Below, one piece after another: positions 32,367 to 56,800 of a stretch of 64,000 nt of DNA. This stretch comes from an uncultured delta proteobacterium (GTDB lineage Bacteria > Myxococcota > Myxococcia > Myxococcales > Myxococcaceae). The notes beneath the pieces are model-generated. The model ran no database searches. It saw only the letters and a program-made list of their open reading frames with translations, and was not told the DNA's origin. The stretch is from contig CAVYSY010000001.1 in the NCBI GenBank assembly GCA_963771175.1, positions 128,001 through 192,000 of the forward strand. Reading direction: 5' to 3'. How positions within the stretch are numbered: the stretch's first letter is position 1; every line of letters starts with the position of its first letter. The position numbers and the translations under genes were made by a program.

Positions 32367-34753
32367 CGTATGCCCTTGGGCGGGTGGAGTGTCAGCGTTT
32401 CGCCGGGCGCGGCCATCGCCGCCTCGCGGCCGTAGTACATCGGGTGGTGGGTCACGTGGGCCCAGGCGTCCACCTGGTCCTCGCGGTGTGGGTGCAGGGA
32501 GAGGCCGCTCTGGCCCACCGGAGTCGACCCGACCGACGCCCCCAGGTTCGAGAGGTCCGCCACGAAGCGCTGCGCGGGCCCCGAGGCCACCGCGAAGGGC
32601 ACGTCGGTGTTGTGGAAGGTGGCGTTCACCGAGTAGGGCTCCCCCGAGGCCTCGACGGTGTGGGTGTTGAAGAGCCACTCCAGCGGCTTGATGCCCGCCA
32701 TGCCGAAGGGCTGGTGGGCGAACGTCATGGTGTGCAGCCGCCCCCACCGCCACTGCGTGGGATCGGGTCCGAGGCGGCCGGACAGCCACGCCACCGCCTG
32801 GGTGAAGGCCCGGGCCGAGAGCTCGTCGCGGGTCTCCTTCTCGGGGGTGCGCACGTCGTCGAACCACGGGGAGTCGCCCGACTTCATCATTTGGATGAAG
32901 AGCGGGGTGTGGGTGAGGGCCACCGGGCGGAAGTCCTTGAGCAGCGCCTCGCCCAGCTCGTCACCGATGATCTCATCGAGCAACGTGGCGTACCAGACGT
33001 AGTACACCGAGGCCGCGGTGCTGCTGGTGGTGAAGCGTCGGTCCCACCCCTCGAGCTGGGCGAAGGCCTTCTGCTCCAGCGCTCCGCTGGGCTTCACCTT
33101 GAGCAGGAAGGGGAGGAGCGCCTCGGCCGGGAGCGAGGCGTCGTCGGCCTGGAGCGCCCGCATGTCGTCCGGGGAGACGTGCGGGTTCTTCGCCAGCACG
33201 TCCGTGATGCGCTGCACGCGGAACGGATCGCCCCAGTCATCGGTCAGGTGGTGCGCGTAGCTGTCGGGGGCCACCTTGTTGTTGGCCGAGACGATGAAGC
33301 CGGCCGGCGGGTTGATGGCGAAGGGCAGCTCCTCGAAGGGGATGAAGCCGGTCCACTCGTGCGCTCCCGTCCAGCCCTCGGCCGGGCGGGTGCCATGGCG
33401 ATCGCCAGCCCGCATCGGGATTCGCCCCGTGCCCTGGTAGCCGATGGTGCCGTCGACGTCCGCGAAGACGAAGTTGAGGCTGGGGCTGTCCCACGCCCTC
33501 AAGGCCTGGCGGAACTCCTTCCAGTCCTGAGCGCGGTCGATGGCCTCCAGGGCGTTGAAGAGGGTGCTGCCCTCGCGGGCCGCCCAGCGCAGCGACACCG
33601 GCGGCAGCTCCTTGGCCCCGAACAGCACCTCGTTCACCAGCGGCCCGTGGCGGGTGCTGCGCACCACCAGGGGCACCGGTGCTCCGCCCTTCACCTCGAT
33701 GGACTCCTGCCGGACGCCGAGCGGCTCCATCACCCCTTGGTACTCGGCGGCGGTGGGCGCCTTCGGGTCGTCGAGCTTCTCGAGGTACAAGTCCTGGACG
33801 TCGCTGCACATGTTGGTGACGCCCCAGGCCACGTGGCCGTTGTGGCCCACCGCCACGAAGGGTGCGCCAGGGAAGCTGAAGCCCACTACCTGGTGGCGCC
33901 CCGCGTGGAGACCGTTCTCGTACCAGATGGAGGGCAGCGCGAGCCCGAGGTGTGTGTCGTTGGCCAGCAGCGGCTTGCCGGTGGTCGTCCGCGAGCCGTG
34001 CACCACCCAGGCGTTGCTCCCCCCGGGGAGGCCGGCGAGCGCGCCCAGGAGCGGGGGCAGCGTGGACCTCACGGGAGCCTCGCGCTGAGGCTCGTCCGCC
34101 CGGGTGAGGGTGGTGGGCCCGTCGGCGGGGTAGAGAGGAATCAGCTCGCCGCCGCGCTCGCCCACGGCGTTCGACAGCCGCACCCGCGTCACCTCGTAAT
34201 AGGAGTTGAGCGACATGGCGAGCTGGATGCTCTCGGCCACCAGCATCACGTCGAGCGGCTCCCACTTCCCGGGCTTCACTCCCAGGATGGTCATCTCCAC
34301 CGGGAGCTGCGCGCCGGACGCCAGGAAGGCGTTGACGCCGTCGACATATGCGTTGATGGCGGCGCGGGCGTCGGGGGTGAGCAGCTCCAGGTCTTTCTTG
34401 GCGGCGGGCACCAGTCCCAGCGTGCGGGTGGCCTTGTCGGACTCCAGCGCGGCCTGGCCGAGCATCTTGGAGAGCTCTCCGCGGCCGAGGGCCCGGCCGA
34501 GGACCAGCTGCCAGAGGCGGTCCTGCGCGTGGACGTAGCCCTGGGCGAAGAAGAGGTCGTGCTCGTTCTTGGCGAAGATGTGGGGCACTCCGACGCTGTC
34601 TCGGCGGATCTCCACCGTGTCGATGAGGCCCGGTGCCGCCAACTCTCCGCTCATCTGCGGCCAGGCCGAGCGCAGGTAGAGCCACCCTCCCGACCAACCC
34701 GCTGCCAGCAGCCCTACGAGCACCGCCAGTATCCACTTGAGGGCGCGCTTCAT
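32363..34753 (-). CDS. Penicillin-acylase family (peptidase S45) Ntn hydrolase with N-terminal membrane anchor
   Basis: [29 protein letters not shown] (nucleophile Ser), LLANDTHL and SANNK motifs. Confidence 0.93.
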   Translation of the reverse strand: MKRALKWILAVLVGLLAAGWSGGWLYLRSAWPQMSGELAAPGLIDTVEIRRDSVGVPHIFAKNEHDLFFAQGYVHAQDRLWQLVLGRALGRGELSKMLGQAALESDKATRTLGLVPAAKKDLELLTPDARAAINAYVDGVNAFLASGAQLPVEMTILGVKPGKWEPLDVMLVAESIQLAMSLNSYYEVTRVRLSNAVGERGGELIPLYPADGPTTLTRADEPQREAPVRSTLPPLLGALAGLPGGSNAWVVHGSRTTTGKPLLANDTHLGLALPSIWYENGLHAGRHQVVGFSFPGAPFVAVGHNGHVAWGVTNMCSDVQDLYLEKLDDPKAPTAAEYQGVMEPLGVRQESIEVKGGAPVPLVVRSTRHGPLVNEVLFGAKELPPVSLRWAAREGSTLFNALEAIDRAQDWKEFRQALRAWDSPSLNFVFADVDGTIGYQGTGRIPMRAGDRHGTRPAEGWTGAHEWTGFIPFEELPFAINPPAGFIVSANNKVAPDSYAHHLTDDWGDPFRVQRITDVLAKNPHVSPDDMRALQADDASLPAEALLPFLLKVKPSGALEQKAFAQLEGWDRRFTTSSTAASVYYVWYATLLDEIIGDELGEALLKDFRPVALTHTPLFIQMMKSGDSPWFDDVRTPEKETRDELSARAFTQAVAWLSGRLGPDPTQWRWGRLHTMTFAHQPFGMAGIKPLEWLFNTHTVEASGEPYSVNATFHNTDVPFAVASGPAQRFVADLSNLGASVGSTPVGQSGLSLHPHREDQVDAWAHVTHHPMYYGREAAMAAPGETLTLHPPKGIR

Positions 34754-35704
34754 GACTCTCCTCCCGACGTGCCGTGCAAGAGCCTATCGAGGAGCGCTCC
34801 TAGCATCTCGACCTGTGGCGAGGCCATGAGTGAGTGGTGGTCCCCCGGTGTCTCCAACACGGTGAGCGGGCCGTGGCACAGGCGAGCCCAGCTCTCCTGC
34901 GCTCCGGCCTTCCAAGGTTCGGCGGCCGCCCCAAGGATGAGGGTGGCCCCGCCGGCGTAGGCCCGCGGCTCGTACGCCATCAGCGCCCGGAGGTTGCTGC
35001 GGTACACCGCTACCAGCCGCGCGAGCTGCGCCGCGCTCGGTGCGCCCCCTGACAGGCCCCCGCCGGCGCCCAGGCGAGCGGCGAAGGTGGCCAGCTGCGC
35101 CTCGGCGCCGAGGCCCTCGAGGCCCTCGGTCGAGACGCGGCGGCCCCACAACTGCTCCAGGTACTGGGCGATGCCCTTGAGCCAGGGGAGCGGCGTCTCG
35201 AAGGTCGCGGCGTCGCAGGCGACGCGCGCCCTCGCGCCGGCCTCCGGGTCGCCGTCGATGAGGCCGAGGAAGGCGATGGCCTCTCCGCCGCGCGACAGGT
35301 GCTGGGCCACCTCGAAGGCGACCTGCGCCCCCAGGCTCCACCCGGCCAGGCGGTAAGGCCCCTGTGGCTCGACCGCGCGGATCGCCTCCGCCAGGTGCGC
35401 CGACAGCTGGCCCAAGGTCGAGTAGGGCTCGCACTCGCCCGCCAGCCCTGGCGCTTGGAGTCCGTATACCCTCCGCTTCGGCATGGCTCGGGCCAGCGGA
35501 GCGAAGCAGGTGACGTCGCCTCCGGCGGGATGCACCAGGAAGAGCGTGGGGGCCGGACCTTCTCCGAGCGGCACGACGCAGGGGGGACGCTCGGGGGCCT
35601 TGGGGCCTGCTCCCGCCAGGGTGCGCTCCAGCGCCTCGCGCTGGGCAGAGGGAAGGCGGGCTCGCCTGGCTTCGAGCGTGGCTCGCCGGTGGGCGAGGGC
35701 GTCT

Positions 35705-35712
<8 letters not shown>
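34750..35712 (-). CDS. Stand-alone type I (release) thioesterase with N-terminal docking-like helix
   Basis: LFLVHPAGG, GWSLG and PGDHHSL motifs; ATG 35712 overlaps the NRPS stop. Confidence 0.88.
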
Positions 35713-48096
<12,384 letters not shown>

Positions 48097-48100
<4 letters not shown>

Positions 48101-50867
48101 GATTGCAGGTGCTCCAGCGCGGCGAGCTCATCGGGCGAGGCGGCGGCGGCCTGGGCCACCAGGGCCTCGAGTTCGGCCGCCGGCGTAGCGAGGGCAAGGG
48201 TCGACACCACGAGGCACGCCATGCCCTCGATGGTCGGCTTCTCCAGGAGCTCCTGAAGGGGGAGCTCGACCCCCAGCCGCTCGCGGAGGCGTGAGACGAG
48301 CCGAGTCGCCATGAGCGAGTCGCCTCCCAGTTGGAAGAAGTTGTCGTGAACCGACAGGCGCTCGAGGCCCATGATCTCGTGCCACGCCGCGGCCACCTCG
48401 CGCTCCAGGGGCCCCCGGGCATCGAGGCAGCCGGTGAAGGCCGGCGCTAGCGCCTCGGGGTGATGAGGCGCTCCCGCCTCTGCGGCCGGGCGACGCGCCA
48501 CCCAGTGCGGCTCGGGCTCGAAGTCGTAGGTGGGCAGGGGCACGCGCCGCGGCGGCCCGGCGTGGATCGTGCTCCAATCGGGCGTGGCTCCCAGGCACCA
48601 GGCCTCGCCGAGCGCCCCGAGCAGCGACGCCACCTCCCCTTCGCCCGGCTCGAAGCCGCCCACCGTGCGCGCGTCGATGCGCCGGGCCGACTCCGAGGTG
48701 GCCCCGACTTCGACAACCATCGCGCCGGAGGCCTTCAGCGCTTCGAGGCCCTCGGCGACGCGCGCCGGTCGGGTGAGGTGCGCGACCCACGAATCGGCCG
48801 AGGTGGCCTCCTCGGCGCTCATGGCTCGTCCGGTGAGGGTGGAGACGATGGGGATTCGCGGGGCCGAGAGGACGGCGGAACGCAGACGCCCGCGGAAGCG
48901 CTCCACCAACGCCTCTGCGGCCGGGCCGGCCCCCACGGACTCGACGAAGTGAGCGCGGGCTGCGGTGAGCGCCACCGCGTCGTCGAGGGACAGCACGCCA
49001 GCGAGGCAGGCCGCCACGTACTCACCCACGCCCGACCCCATCAGCAGCGCCGGAGTCACGCCGCGCGCCATCCACCAGCGGGCCGTGGCGTACGACACCG
49101 CGAAGAGGGCGACGTCACCGAGCGCCGGAGCGGGGCTCGGTGCGAAGGCAGCGGTAGAGAGCTCGCCGCCCCCCGCCTTGGCGTGCGCTCGGGCGCAGGC
49201 GTCGAAGGCCTCGCGGAACGCGGGCTCGGCGCGGTACAGCCGGGCGCCAGCACCCGGCCGCCGCTCTCCCGAGAAGAGGAATGCCACCTTGAGCCCCGTC
49301 TCCTGCGCCTCCACCGGCGCCTGCGGCCTGGCGAGGGCGGTTGCCGCTGCGCGAGGGTTCTCGGCCACCACCGCTCGCCGGAAGCGGAACGGGTGGCGCC
49401 CGGCCTGGAGCGTCCAGGCGACCTCGCGGAGGCCCACCGGGGTGCGCTCGAGGTGCGCCGCCAGCTTCGTCGCCGCCGCCTCGAGGGCGCGAGGAGTGCG
49501 TGCCGAGAGGACGAGCAGCTGCGGGCCGGCGGGCGCGGCCGTCACTTCGCGTCGGGGCGCCTCCTCGAGCACCACATGCGCGTTGGTCCCTCCGAAGCCG
49601 AAGCTGCTCACCCCGGCGAGCCGGCGCCGGGTTCCCCGCGGCCAAGGCCGGAGCGTCGCGTTGACGTGCACCGGGCTCGAGGCGAAGTCGATGCGCGGGT
49701 TGGGCGTGTCAAAGCCCACGCTGGGGGGAGCTCCTCGTGCTCGAGCGCGAGGACCGTCTTGAGCAGGCCGGCGATGCCCGCCGCCACGTCGAGGTGGCCG
49801 ACGGCGCCCTTCACCGAGCCGAGCGCGATGGTGCCCCGGCGGCCGCTCGGGCGGCCGAGAGCCTTCTTGAGCGCTTCGATCTCCACCGGATCTCCCAGCG
49901 CCGTGCCGGTCCCGTGGGCTTCGATGTAGTCGAGCTCGTCGGGCCGCACGCCGGCGACCGCGAGCGCCTCGGAGACGACGGCCGCCTGGCCATTGACGGC
50001 CGGGGCGGTGAAGCCCACCTTGAGGTGCCCGTCGTTGCCGATCGCGGTGCCGCGGATGACGGCGCGGATCGGATCGCCGTCCTTCACCGCGTCGGCCAGG
50101 CGCCGCAGCACCACCACGCCGAGGCCGCTGCCGAAGACGGTGCCGCTCGCCTTCGCGTCGAAGGGCCGGCAGACGCCGTCGGTGGCGAGGATGGATCCGT
50201 CCACCGCCACATAGCCCGCCCCCTGGGCGAGGTTGATGGACACGCCGCCGGCGAGAGCCACGTCGCACTCCTGATTGAGGAGGCTCTGGCAGGCCAGGTG
50301 CACCGCCACCAACGAGGAGGAGCAGGCGCTCTGCACCGCGAAGCTCGGGCCGGTGAGGTCCAAGAGGTAGCTGACCCGCGTGGCGAGCGAGTCGTTGATG
50401 TTGTTGACGAAGACCTGCAGCGCCCCGGCACCGTGGCTCTCGGGCCGGCTCATCAGGTTCAAGAGGAGGTAGTTGCTGGTGGTGGCTCCGGCGAAGACAC
50501 CCGCGGGCTGCGGGGCGCGCCGAGGGTCGATGCCCGCGCTCTCCAGCGCCGCCCAGGCGACCTCGAGGAAGAGGCGCTGCTGGGGGTCCATCTCCTCCGC
50601 CTCGCGGGGGCTCAGGCCGAAGAAGGCGGCGTCGAAGAACTCCTTCCCCTCGAGCGGCGCGGCGACCGGGACGAACCTCGCGTCGCCCCTGAGCCTCTCG
50701 TTCACCTCGAGCGCCTTGAGCTCCTCGGGCGACAGTCGGCGGATGGCCGAGCGCCCGGCGCGCAGGTTGGCCCAGAAGGCGCTGAGATCCGCCGCGCCTG
50801 GGAAGCGCCCGGCCATGCCGATGAGGGCGATGTCGGGACCGTTGGCATCACTCACGGCCAGCTCCAT
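48097..50867 (-). CDS. Type I PKS: KS - degenerate AT - ACP; -1 frameshift in the G run at 49723-49728 (alternative GTG start 50855)
   Basis: KS motifs DPQQR, VQSACSSSL, EAHGTGT, GHL and SSFGFGGTNAH. AT motif reads GSGVGEY instead of GHSxGE and the domain is shortened. ACP GGDSL. Confidence 0.88.
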
Positions 50868-53800
50868 TTCGACGAGTCCTGAGCTCCCGGCGCTTCGAGC
50901 CGCGCGTTTGGGCCTCGTCGGAGTCCTCGGCGGACGGCTCGGGGGCTGGAGCCGCGGCGGGCAGCCCCTCTCTAATCAGCGCCGCCAGCGCCCGCACCGT
51001 GGGCGCCTGGAAGAGCCCCACCTCGGACAGCCGCACCTTGAACTCGTTGCGCACCTGGTTGATCAGCTTGATGCCCACGATCGACGTGCCGCCGATGTCG
51101 AAGAAGTTGTCGTCGAGGCCCACCTCGTCGACGCCCAGCGCCTCCTTCCACAGCGCGATGAGCTTCGGCTCCACCTCACCCTCGGCCACGACGGGGACGG
51201 GCGCCGGCCTCGGCTCGACGGGCGCGTCCGCCGGGGCTTGGGCGATGGCCCTCGGCGCGGTGAGCCGGACGGCCATCGAGTGCGTCGATACGGCGACATG
51301 GCTCAGCCCGCTCGCCACCGCGGCCCAGGCGCAGCGGACGCCCTCCTCGGTGGTGAGGCCGTCGGCCATCATGGTGCTTCGCCACCGCTCCAGGGCCGGG
51401 TCTGCCTCCACTCGAGCCGCCATGCCCACCTCGCGCCAGGCGTCCCAGCCGATGGACGTCCACGGCTTGCCCGCTCGGGCCTGGGCGCGAGCAAGCGCGT
51501 CGAGCACCGCGTTGGCGGCCACGTAGTCGGCCTGCCCGGGCATGGGCACCGCCGCAGTGAGCGAGGAGCAGAGGATGACGAAGTCGAGCTCGAGCCCCTC
51601 GAGGGCCTCGGCGAGGCCGAGCGCCCCGTAGGCCTTGCCCGCCATCACCGCCTCCTGGGCGGAGCGCTCCCTCAGCTGCACCAGGCCTCCGCCCGGCACA
51701 CCCGCCGCATGGATGACGCCGTGCAGGGCCCCGAAGCGCCGTCGCACCTGCTCCACCACCGCCGCCGCCTCGCGGGAGACGTCCGCGCCCAGCACCTCGA
51801 CCTCGGCCCCGTGTCGCCGCTCGAGCTCCATGAGCCGCTCGAGCCGCTTGGCGAGCCCGTCGCCAGCGCGGGCACGGGCGGCCCACTCGGCTCGTGGCGG
51901 CACCCACGTGCGCGTCACCAGCGCCAGCCTGGCCCGAGGCGTCCGGGCGGCGAGGTCGGCCACGAGCTCGAGGCCGATGCCGCCCAGGCCGCCTGTCACC
52001 AGGTACACGCCGCCGTCTCGCACCGGCGCCGTCGTCGCGTCGAGGCGCGGCACCCGCTCCCAGGTGAGCGTCCAACGGCGTCCGCCCCGCATCGCCACCT
52101 CGGTCGGCCCGTCGCGCTCGAGCTCCTCGAGCAACCGGGCGGCCTGCTCGCCATCGGTCACGTCGACGACGCGGCAGCGCAGCCCGGGGAGCTCGAGCGG
52201 CAACACCCGCGCCGCGCCCAGGACCGCTGCCCGTGAGGGCGCGAGCGACTCGTTGCCGCTGACGTCGTGCAGCCCGGTAGTGACGAAGGCGAGCTCAACG
52301 GCGGCGGACGGGCGCCGGCCCAGCGCCCGGGCGAGGGCGACGGGCCCGAAGAAGCAGCCGCCGGGCGACGAGGCGCCGGTCGACAACCACACCACGCGCT
52401 CGGGCGTGGCGAGCTCCGACAGTGCGCGCGCCCAGGCGTGCTCGTCCTCCAGCGGCAGGGCGACACCCGCGCCCCCCCGCTCGAAGGTCGGGCCGTCAGC
52501 GAGTACCTCGAGCGGGCAATTCGAGCGGCGCAGCGCCTCGCACAGGCCGGCCGCAAGAGGACCGCCGTCGCTCACCACCCAGGTGGCAGCGCCCGAGCCG
52601 CGAGGCGCCGCGGCCTTCGCTCGAGGAACTTCCCGGTAGGCCGGAGCGTTCAGCCAGTCGCTCTCGGGCAGGCGCGGGTCGGCCTCCGCCGGCCGGGGTG
52701 CGGCGACCACCGGCCCCGGATCAACCCAGGAGCGCTTGCGCTCGAAGGGATAGGTGGGCAGGGGCACGCGCCGCCTCGCCTCGCCAGCGCGGTACCTGGC
52801 CGGGTCCACCTCGATCCCGGCGACCCAGAGTCGGCCCAGGGCGCGGGCGACCGCCCGGGTGTCGTCGATGGTCTCCTGAGGGTGCCGGAGGAGCGTCACC
52901 ACCTCGTGACGCGCGGTGCGCGCCGGGTGAGTCCGCACGAGGCCGCTCAGCACCTGACCGGGGCCGACCTCGATGCAGGCGCGGGCGGGGGTTGCGAGCA
53001 GCGCGCCGGCCGCCGTCGCGAAGCGCACCGGCTGGCGCATCTGCCGCACCCAGTACTCCGGATCCGTCGCCTCGGCCGCGGTGAGCCAGGTGCCGGTGAG
53101 GTTGGAGAGCACCTTGAGGCGCGGCGCTGCCAGGCGCACCCGCTTCACCTTCTCGAGGAGGAGCGGCGCCGCCTCGTCGAGCATGGCGGAGTGGAAGGCG
53201 TGTGACGTCTTGAGCGCCCGGCCCTCGACGCCCTCGGCCCGGAGGGTCGCGGCGAAGGCCTCCACCGCCGGCGTGGGGCCCGATACCACGCAGGACTCAG
53301 GGTGGTTCACTGCGGCGAGGTCGAGCTCCCGGCCCAGGCGCGCCTCCACCGCCGCGGCGGGCAGCGGCACCGCCAGCATGCTTCCGGGCTTCATCTGTTG
53401 CATGAAGCGCCCGCGCGCCGCCACCAGCGTCACCGCGTCCTCAAGCGAGAAGACGCCGGCCAGGCACGCGGCCACCAGCTCACCCAGGCTGTGCCCCAGC
53501 ATGGCCTCGGGCTCGAGCCCCCACGACATCAGCAGGCGAGCCAGGGCGTACTCGACGGCGAAGAGGGCGGGCTGGGTGACCGACGTCTGGGCCAGCGCGT
53601 CGGCGGCGGCCCGGCGATCCGCCTCGGCCGGCGGATAAATGCGGGTGCGAAGGTCGAAGCCCAGCTCGGGCTCGAACAGCGCGCACGTCCGGTCGAGCTC
53701 GGCGGCGAAGACCGGCTCGCTTTCGTACAGCCCGCGAGCCATGTCCACGTGCTGGCTCCCCTGGCCGGGGAAGAGGAAGGTGAGGGGCCGGTCGCGCTCG

Positions 53801-56800
53801 GCGGACCCGGCGATGGCGTCGGGGGCCCGCAGCGCGGCGATGGCCTCGTCGCGCGAGGCGCAGGGCACGGCGCGGCGATGGGTGAAGGCGCGGCGGCCGG
53901 CGTGCAGCGTATGGGCGACGTCGGCCAGCGGGAGCTCGGGGTGCGCCTCGAGGTGGGCGGCCAGTCGCTCGCTCATCACCGCCAGGGCGCTCTCGGTCTT
54001 GGCCGAGAGGAAGAGCAGCTGCTGCGAGCGGGAGGAGCCCGACGGCGGGCGCGCTGGCGCCTCGGCCACGATGACGTGGGCGTTGGTGCCGCCCATGCCC
54101 AGCGAGGTGACGCCCGCCACCCGGGGCGAGCGCGGCCAGTCGCGGAGCTGGGTGTTGACGAAGAAGGGCGTGGCGTCGAAGTCGATGCCCGGGTTGGGCT
54201 TTTGGAAGTGGAGCGTGGGCGCCAGCTTGCCGTGCTCGACGCTGAGGACGGCCTTGATGAGCCCCACGACGCCGGCGGCGTTGTCGAGGTGGCCGATGTT
54301 CGTCTTGAGCGAGCCGAGCGCCACCGAGCTCTTGGGCAGGGGTTCGCGGCCGAAGGCCTGGGTGAGGGCGGCGATCTCGATCGGGTCGCCCAGGGCGGTG
54401 CCGGTGCCGTGGCACTCGATGGCGACGATGTCCTTGGGGCTCACCCCGGCGGCCGCCATCGCCTGCTGGTAGACGTCGACCTGCCCCGCGACGCTGGGCG
54501 CGGTGTAGCTCACCTTGAGCGCCCCGTCGTTGTTGCAGGCCGAGCCGCGGATGACGGCGTGGATATGGTCTCCATCGGCCAGCGCGTCCTCGAGGCGCTT
54601 GAGCAGCACCACCCCGGCGCCCTTGCCCGAGACGAAGCCGCTGGCGTCGGCGTCGAAGGCCCGGCAGTGCCCATCGCGCGAGGTGGTGCCGCCGTCTTGG
54701 AAGAGGTAGCCCGACTTCTCGGGCAGGTGGATGGACACGCCGCCAGCCAGCGCCATCTCGCACTCCCCCGAGAGGAGCGTCTGGCAGGCCATGTGCACCG
54801 CCACCAGTGACGTGGAGGACGCCGACTGGATGGTGACGCTCGGTCCCTTGAGGTCGAGCTTGTACGAGACGCGCGAAGTCAGCGGGTCCTTGTCGTTGCC
54901 CAGCGCTGCCTGCAGGGTGTCGAGCGACGCCACCAGCTTGAGGTGGGGCAGCAGGTTCATCAGGAGGTAGGTGTTCATGCTGCAGCCGGCGAAGACGCCG
55001 ACTCGCCTGGGGTACCGGGACGAGTCGTAGCCGGCCGCCTCCAGGGCCTCCCAGGAGCACTCGAGGAAGATGCGGTGCTGAGGGTCCATCAACTCCGACT
55101 CCCTGGGGGAGAGGGAGAAGAACTGCGCGTCGAAGCGATCGATGTCCTCGATGGTGCCGCCGGCCTTGACGTAGTTGGGGTCGTCCAGCAGTGCCTGCTC
55201 CACCCCGGCGGCCCGCAGCTCCTCGTCAGTGAAGAAGGTGATGGACTCGACGCCCTTCACCAGGTTGTCCCAGAACTTCGATGGGCTCGACGCCCCAGGG
55301 AAGCGGCCGGCCACCCCGATGACGGCGATGGCGCCGCTCGAGGGCCGGGCCGGCGCCCGCACGGTGGCGACGGCCCGCTGCTGGCCCTCGGGGGCGAGGG
55401 CGGCGGCGAGGGAGCCCACGGTGGGGTAGCGGAAGAGGTCCACCAGCGTCAGGTCTCTTCCCAGCACCCGCTGGAGCTCGGCATGCACCTTCACCAGGAG
55501 GAGCGAATGCCCGCCGAGGTCGAAGAAGTTGTCGCTCATCCCCACCTGGTCGACCTTGAGAGCGGCCCTCCACACGCTGGCGATGCGCTCCTCGAGCTCG
55601 CCTCGCGGGGCGAGGTAGGCCGTCTCGAGCTCCGGGCGCGCCGAGGTCGGCTCGGGCAGCGCGCGCACGTCCACCTTGCCGCCCGCGCCACGAGGGAGTG
55701 CCTCGAGCACCACCACCGCCGCCGGCACCATCGCCTCGGGCAGCCGCTCGCGAGCGAAGGTGAGGAGCTCGCCCTGGCCGGCCGTGCCCGCCACGTAGGC
55801 CACCAGCCGCCGCTCATCGGCCCGCTCGCCTCGGAGCACCACCGCCACGTCGCGCACACTCGGGTGGCGGCGCAGCGCTGCCTCCACCTCATCGAGCTCG
55901 ATGCGGTGGCCGCGCACCTTTACCTGTCGATCGCCGCGCCCGAGGAAGGACAGGGTCCCGTCGGAGCTCCACCGGGCGCGATCGCCGGTGCGGAAGAGGC
56001 GCTCGCCGGGACGGAAGGGGTTGGGCACGAAGCTCTGGGCGGTCGCCGCCGACCGGCCGACGTACCCGCGGGCGAGCCCGGTGCCGCCCACGTACAGCTC
56101 GCCGGCGCAGCCCACCGGCAGCGGCTCCATCTCCGCGCCGAGGACGTACACCTGCGTGTTGAGGACGGGCCGGCCGAGCGACACCGGGCCGGGGCGTCCG
56201 AGCTCCTCGGCCGAGACGCGGTGGAAGGTGGAGCAGATGCCCGTCTCGGTGAGGCCGTAGCCGTTGACGAGGGTGAGGCCTTGGCCGAGGCCCGGCAGCT
56301 CCGCGGCGGTGAGGGCCTCGCCGCCGCTCAGCACCAGGCGCACCCGCGCGAGGCTCCGCTGCGCGTCGCGGAGGCTCACCAGCCGCGAGGGCAGCGTGCT
56401 GACGATCGTGACGCCCGAGGAGGCGATGAGGCCCGCCAGCTTCGACTCGTCGAGCATCTCCTCGCGGGTGGGCAGCACGAGCGCGCCGCCGGCGCAGAGC
56501 AGCGGGAAGACCTCACCCACGAAGCTGGCGGAGGCGAGCGAGGTGACCGGCAGCATCCGGTCATCCGGCCCCGGCTGGTAGGAGTCGATGAAGGAGGCGA
56601 CCAGGTTGGCGAGGGCGCGGTGCTCGAGCACGGTGCCCTTGGGCTCACCGCTGGAGCCGGAGGTGAAGATGACGCAAGCCGAGGCCGCGGGGTCCGCCTG
56701 GGGGCCGGGCGCGTCGTCGGCCTCGCCCCCGTCGACCGAGACGGTATCGATCCCTTCGAAGGACGGGGCGGAGCCGTCGCCCACCACCAGCCGCACTCTA